A stretch of DNA of 64,000 nucleotides, taken from the NCBI GenBank assembly GCA_017395245.1, contig JAFPVR010000011.1, positions 54,659 through 118,658 of the forward strand, given 5' to 3'. Below the pieces are notes generated by a model. That model saw nothing but the letters and a program-made list of their open reading frames with translations, had not been told where the DNA came from and searched no databases. Each line of letters begins with the position of its first letter. Position 1 is the stretch's first letter. This DNA is from Bacteroidales bacterium. Its GTDB lineage: Bacteria > Bacteroidota > Bacteroidia > Bacteroidales > WCHB1-69. Positions 59,335-64,000 of the stretch are shown piece by piece. A program made the position numbers and the translations under genes.

Positions 59335-60267
59335 TCACAGGACTCTTATCCATACTAGAAACGAATATAAACAGAATTTGACTTTAAATCTCCAGGATTT
59401 GTTCCTGCTAATATCTCGTAATGCCGACAATTTCGACGGATAAATCTCATCAAGTTTAAAAAAATAGTATTTGAACAGTTTCCGGTCTTTATTGAGCATG
59501 AGTAACAAATATTGTTTCATGGACCTTTCCTTACACATTTGATGCTGATGCAAAAACAGATCAGAACGATAATGCACTTCTGCCCTTATTCTTAACTCAT
59601 TTGGTTTTGAACAATAATTAGCCGCTAACGAATCGGGGCGAGAAGTTAAGACATAAAGGACTTTATTAACTACCTTAATTGTTTCTGCATGGTATCCTAC
59701 AAGCAAAGAGAAAAACACATCATTTGAGTATCTTATTTCTTCAAAGCGGATGTTAAATTTATTAATCAAATCTCTTTTGATCATCTTGCCCCATGTAGGA
59801 CAATACATAAATCTTAAAGGCCATTCGTCACCATTCGCATAATAATTATTAATCATACTATCAATATAAATATCCCTATCTGTTTTTTGGATAATATTTT
59901 CTGAAAGTACAGATTCTATCTTGAAATATATGACATCTGCTTCCGATTCTGCATTTGAAGAAATGATATCATACATATCTTCCACATAAAAATCATCGGC
60001 ATCAGCAAACAGTAGCCATTTGCCTTTAGCATGCTCCAGTCCTACATTCCTGGCATAGCCAGCCCCTCCTCCTGTTTTCGTCCTGATAAACTCCAAATAA
60101 GGACGCGACAATTCAGGATACCTCTCCAAGTAGGTGTCAGCATCGGCACTATTGTCATCGACTACTATCACCTGAATATCCTCAGATACAGGGATGGACT
60201 TCAGGCACCGCATCAGCAGATCCGGTATGCCTTTATGAGGAATAATGATGCTAAATATAGGATTCAT
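59335..60267 (-). CDS. Glycosyltransferase family 2 (paralogue C)
   Basis: MNPIFSIIIPHKGIPDLLMRCLKSIP...VVDDNSAD...FADADDFY. Confidence 0.85.
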   Translation of the reverse strand: MNPIFSIIIPHKGIPDLLMRCLKSIPVSEDIQVIVVDDNSADADTYLERYPELSRPYLEFIRTKTGGGAGYARNVGLEHAKGKWLLFADADDFYVEDMYDIISSNAESEADVIYFKIESVLSENIIQKTDRDIYIDSMINNYYANGDEWPLRFMYCPTWGKMIKRDLINKFNIRFEEIRYSNDVFFSLLVGYHAETIKVVNKVLYVLTSRPDSLAANYCSKPNELRIRAEVHYRSDLFLHQHQMCKERSMKQYLLLMLNKDRKLFKYYFFKLDEIYPSKLSALRDISRNKSWRFKVKFCLYSFLVWIRVL

Positions 60268-60395
60268 ATCTTTATGATGTACCTCCTTGTAACTGAGCCT
60301 TGATAAACTCCTGAATATCGGTTGAAGTCACGTTATATATAGGAGATAATGTTTCAAATTGACTATCCTTAGAGAAGAATTCACCAAACCTTTCA

Positions 60396-60734
60396 TCACG
60401 CTGTCAATTTTCTGTTAAGTTCGCGAGTAGCCATTGACCTGACATAGGCACCTGGCTTTTTCATCTTGAAATAATACCATGCGAAGAACTTATTAAGCAC
60501 ATAGTACATTTCGCCCTGTACTACTACATTCTTTATCCATGCCTCCTTGACAAACTTATATGGATAAATCTCAAAAAGTATGTTGATATCGTCTAAGTCA
60601 AGATGCAGCATAACCAATTCCACCAAGATGTCATCACGTACATCCTTGATGGCACTGGCCTTATACGACCAGAAAGCATTTGCCTTCTTCAGTCGTCTTA
60701 TCAGTTCTTTTTTCTGCTTATCTTTCTTATCCAT
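60396..60734 (-). CDS. Hypothetical small protein
   Basis: Start at MDKKDKQKKELIRRLKKANAFWSY, 24 nt downstream of a TATTTTTG box on the minus strand. AT-rich. Confidence 0.45.
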   Translation of the reverse strand: MDKKDKQKKELIRRLKKANAFWSYKASAIKDVRDDILVELVMLHLDLDDINILFEIYPYKFVKEAWIKNVVVQGEMYYVLNKFFAWYYFKMKKPGAYVRSMATRELNRKLTA

Positions 60735-60757
60735 ATCACACATGCACATTCCGTTTG

Positions 60758-60765
60758 CAAAAATA
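60758..60765 (-). promoter_or_regulatory. -7 box TATTTTTG on minus strand (internal promoter in glycopolymer locus)
   Basis: Plus strand CAAAAATA, 24 nt upstream of ATG 60734. Confidence 0.45.
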
Positions 60766-60822
60766 AGAAATAATCTGCAATTTTGCAAATAACTCTGGAA
60801 AAAAATAGCAAGAAATGAAATG

Positions 60823-61500
60823 CTAGACATCATGTTCATTTATAAAAGACAGTAATAAACTGACATTATATTGTACGTCATCTGCCATATTTATTTCGTA
60901 ATGAGTAGGGAAATAAGACGCAATAACTTCTAAATTGTGAATTTTATGCTTCAATGCCATTTCAAGTTTCTCTGTACCTACAGAATGTGAGAATCTTGAA
61001 TTATGAAAATATGGTCTTTCTTTTATTCGTCTCATACTTTCACTAATATCGACCCTACAAATAACAGGGTTGATGTTGATCCGTCTTAAATAATATCTCG
61101 CAATCTTATCAATGAGTTTATTGTTTGGACAATCTTCCATATAGAATAAGGAAGACATAAATTGGATTACTCCTCCATCAAGGAACATCATATCATATTC
61201 CTTTTCTTTAATGGTCATTAGAATTTGATGTGAATAAAAAAGCAATTCTTGAAAAAAATGCCGATTCTTTTGCCTGCATTTCAGGTACAGCTTCAGGTAA
61301 TACCAAATCAGTTTATACTCTGAAGGTTGGAATAACATTTCAAAATAGGCTGATTTGCTACTTGGTTTAAATCCACGCCGATGATAGACATCCTTAAACC
61401 CTGCTATTTTATAGCCATCTGCTTTAAGCTGGTCAACAAGTGATGCTGTCACTGTTGTTTTTCCTGCCCCTGGGATACCATATAGTTCATAATATATCAT
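60823..61500 (-). CDS. P-loop NTPase/kinase-like protein
   Basis: Walker A YGIPGAGKTT at the extreme N-terminus and Walker-B-like MMFLDGG. 225 aa. AT-rich. Confidence 0.6.
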   Translation of the reverse strand: MIYYELYGIPGAGKTTVTASLVDQLKADGYKIAGFKDVYHRRGFKPSSKSAYFEMLFQPSEYKLIWYYLKLYLKCRQKNRHFFQELLFYSHQILMTIKEKEYDMMFLDGGVIQFMSSLFYMEDCPNNKLIDKIARYYLRRININPVICRVDISESMRRIKERPYFHNSRFSHSVGTEKLEMALKHKIHNLEVIASYFPTHYEINMADDVQYNVSLLLSFINEHDV

Positions 61501-61530
61501 ATTCCTTCTTTAGTTTAATATTACTCTTAC

Positions 61531-62469
61531 TCACAGAACCCTTATCCATAATAAAAACGAGTATAAATAGAATTTGATTTTAAACTTCAGGGATTTACCT
61601 TTACTAATATCCCGCAATGCCGACCATTTTGACGGATAAATTTTATCAAGTTTAAAGAAATAAGATTTATACAAATTATGGTTTTTGTATAACATCCTCA
61701 ATAGAAAACGCTTCAACTTCCGCTCTCTACAGAACCCATTTCGAATCATAAATATATCACATCGGAAAGCCACCTCTGCCCTTTGTTCTAACTCTCCTGG
61801 CTTAGAACAATAGTCAGCCGTCATAGAATCGGGACGAAGTGTAACCACATAGAGGACTTTATCGATAGCCTCTATTTTGTCAGCGTAATATCCTATCAGC
61901 AGCGAGAAATATGTATCTTCAGAATACAACACTTCATCAAAACGAATATCGTGCTTGACAATTAGACTCCTTTTAATCATTTTGCAAACTGTTCCATTCA
62001 TCTTAGCCCTTATAGGCCATTCATCACCATCAGCCAAATATCTGTCAATATTTTTGTTTACGTAAGAACTTCTATCTGCTCTTATGCTGGTGTTCTCTGA
62101 AAGAACTGCCTTATTTTTGAAGAATATGACATCCGCCTCAGAATCGACGTATGAGAAGATGATATCAGGCATATTCTTAACATAAAAATCATCTGAGTCG
62201 GCAAACAAGATCCACTTTCCATTGGCATGATCCAATGCGACATTTCTGGCATATCCAGGTCCTCCGCCCTTTGTCGTTCTGATGAACTCCAGATAGGGGC
62301 GCGACAGCTCTGGGTACTTATCCAAATAGGTGTCAGCGTCTGCACTGTTGTCGTCAACTACAATCACCTGAATATCCTGAGACACAGGGATTGACTTCAA
62401 GCACCGCATCAGCAGATCCGGTATCTCTTTATGAGGTATGATAATACTAAACAAAGGAGACATAAACAT
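61531..62469 (-). CDS. Glycosyltransferase family 2 (paralogue D)
   Basis: MFMSPLFSIIIPHKEIPDLLMRCLKSIP...VVDDNSAD...FADSDDFY. Confidence 0.85.
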   Translation of the reverse strand: MFMSPLFSIIIPHKEIPDLLMRCLKSIPVSQDIQVIVVDDNSADADTYLDKYPELSRPYLEFIRTTKGGGPGYARNVALDHANGKWILFADSDDFYVKNMPDIIFSYVDSEADVIFFKNKAVLSENTSIRADRSSYVNKNIDRYLADGDEWPIRAKMNGTVCKMIKRSLIVKHDIRFDEVLYSEDTYFSLLIGYYADKIEAIDKVLYVVTLRPDSMTADYCSKPGELEQRAEVAFRCDIFMIRNGFCRERKLKRFLLRMLYKNHNLYKSYFFKLDKIYPSKWSALRDISKGKSLKFKIKFYLYSFLLWIRVL

Positions 62470-62481
62470 TCATTATTTGGG

Positions 62482-63583
62482 TTAACCGATTAAATATTTA
62501 CTGCCGGGAATCAGCGAGATGAGTTTAGTAGTAACGGCGCAACACATAAACGTTAACAATGCAATAACTGGTATGGCCAACCATACAGGCAGTAATGGAT
62601 GAGCGATATCGCCACCAATAATCCATTCTGCTATAAACCTTAGAAAGAACATGTGCATTAAATACATACCAAAGGTCAGTTTGGCAAGACCGCTAATCCA
62701 ACGGGGAGCCTTCTGGATGCAGGTGAACAACAGGAAGGCGCCAAAGGTGGCAAGGAGAACATCGGGCGTGCAGAAATCAGACGACCATCTCAGCATCGTC
62801 TTGTCTATTTGTATGCCAGGTACAGTTTTATGCCAAATGCACCATGCGGTAAACAGGGTGCCAAGTACGAAGCAAAACGTCCCAATGAACAGTCTCTTCT
62901 GCTGACTCCACTTCAGATGCACACGAATATAGTGGGCCAGAACAAGATACCCCAAGTACCCAGAGCAATAGTACAGGGCAGAGAACTGATTCCAGTAACA
63001 TTCACCCCAGAGTTCAGGCGACACATAGCGATGCAGCCAGGGGGTGAGTGTCGAAAAGACAAAGATGCCAAGGAATATCAATTCGTCTTTAGCACGGGCT
63101 TTTTCAAGCCAAGGTGATACCAAAGGGATAATGAGGTAAATACCGATGAGTGGATACATGAACCACAGGTGACTGCCCCCTGACGGAAAGTTAAAAGGCA
63201 CCATCTGAAGCTGTGATATGGCCTTGCTCCATGTGAAAGCTCCCCACGTGGCCGACAACACGGCATAAAGTAGCAGGAAGAAAATGAAGGGCGGTAGGAT
63301 GCGCAAAAAGCGCCGACGATAGAATTGGCTCATCGTCACACCAGGCTTCAATGGTACTAACAGAAATGCTGAAACCATCATAAACAGCGGTACGGATACA
63401 TGACAGCAACCATCATAGACTGATACCCAAAAACGATTGTTTTCGTTGGCGATTAGAATTACCCCCCATATTAAAGAATTTTCCGCAGGCATGGAATACC
63501 ATCACCATCAGACAGGCCACCACGCGAATGTAATCTGCAAGTGCAATTCGATTTTCGACAGAGTTTTGCTTTTTATTTTCCAT
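62482..63583 (-). pseudogene. Acyltransferase family 3 (O-acyltransferase), frameshifted at a G6 tract
   Basis: The N-terminal 40 codons (MENKKQNSVENRIALADYIRVVACLMVMVFHACGKFFNMG) are in one frame. The multi-TM body (track ORF 62482-63492) is in the +1 frame. The frames meet at GGGGGG (plus-strand C6, 63462-63467). A G5 tract would give one continuous ORF. Confidence 0.6.
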
Positions 63584-64000
63584 ATAATTCTTTAAAATGT
63601 GACGAAGCGTTTATTTCCAATTTGAGAATGCCCGGCCGGGGTTTATCCATATACGGGTCTTCATAGAAAGAGTCTTCGATTATAAATGGGTGTGAATATT
63701 TTTCACATATTCTATATTTATTATTCTCACCAAACCAAATAATCATACAATACTTACCTCGATTGAGCATAAACGGCGGCAGAGAGAACTCCACGATATA
63801 CTCACCTATCTTAGAGTCGTGTTGAGGACTGACTACCTTTCCGTTATTAAATATAATGATATCGTCAACTGTACGCAACTCAAATGTTACGTCCAAATGA
63901 ATATTGGGAACGTAATTCATAAATCGCAGGCGGAAATGGATGCCAGATGCGACACTCACTACGTTGCCCTTTACCGGCAGCACCTCGAACGACTTGATGC
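63573..64000 (-). CDS. C-terminal (carbohydrate-binding-like) domain of a Wzt/TagH-type polysaccharide ABC-transporter ATPase (5' part outside window)
   Basis: The ORF runs to the window edge. The beta-rich tail ...VSVASGIHFRLRF...EYIVEFSLPPFMLNRGKYCMIIWF resembles Wzt C-terminal domains. The context is a glycopolymer locus. Confidence 0.5.
   Translation of the reverse strand, partial: IKSFEVLPVKGNVVSVASGIHFRLRFMNYVPNIHLDVTFELRTVDDIIIFNNGKVVSPQHDSKIGEYIVEFSLPPFMLNRGKYCMIIWFGENNKYRICEKYSHPFIIEDSFYEDPYMDKPRPGILKLEINASSHFKELYGK

Noticed and set aside
60272-60398. Coding-like 39-codon stretch (…ERFGEFFSKDSQFETLSPIYNVTSTDIQEFIKAQLQGGTS*) between the small hypothetical gene and GT2 paralogue C. 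At first it looked like a stop-codon read-through extension.
   Set aside because: Re-indexing shows it is in a different frame from 60396-60734, which ends in a double TGA TGA. It also has no start codon. It is probably a relic of a displaced C-terminus, and I cannot support it as a gene.

Overview
This 64-kb chromosomal window looks like a Bacteroidota (Bacteroidales-type) genome. The evidence is TAnnTTTG '-7' promoter boxes in front of most operons, several T9SS C-terminal sorting domains and a gingipain-like C25 peptidase. All calls come from reading the sequence and ORF track and recognising motifs from memory; no homology search was run. I call about 59 protein-coding genes or relics. 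I saw no rRNA, tRNA, CRISPR array, transposase or prophage.

GC-rich housekeeping genes make up the backbone: secA 3' end, xylA, ridA, an ABC-F ATPase, rsmE, dnaJ-grpE, an aminotransferase, surE, valS, hydG with a TM1266-like regulator, guaA, cinA, xerD, rlmB, miaA and dnaG. Visibly AT-rich accessory islets interrupt them:
- 5.2-9.1 kb: two divergent secreted Cys-repeat proteins plus an AAA ATPase.
- 25.7-29.9 kb: a hypothetical protein, a NYN nuclease-like protein, another hypothetical protein and an AAA ATPase.
- 43.6-45.3 kb: an AAA ATPase.
- 53.3-64 kb: a glycopolymer locus.

Most noteworthy observations:
1. A tandemly duplicated two-gene module (11.9-19.8 kb) encodes large secreted Cys-repeat proteins. 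They share a DUF1566-like domain placed C-terminally in one partner and N-terminally in the other. Only the second partner carries a T9SS type-B sorting domain.
2. Tandem arrays of mostly 7-bp units (4 to about 22 units each, mixed with 6-bp units at one locus) sit at seven loci (eight arrays counting the inverted arm at the valS locus), usually abutting start or stop codons. One fills the whole spacer inside an operon. One lies inside a small lipoprotein ORF.
3. A REP-like 28-bp palindrome (GTAGAGACG-N10-CGTCTCTAC) occurs 10 times. It supplies the TAG stop codon of six ORFs and once sits in frame inside an intact CDS.
4. A teichoic-acid-like (CDP-ribitol plus TagF-like polymerase plus Wzt/ABC export) polysaccharide locus has four tandem GT2 paralogues. 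An acyltransferase there is frameshifted at a G6 tract.
5. Two orphan T9SS CTD relics and several tandem structured-hairpin elements are present.
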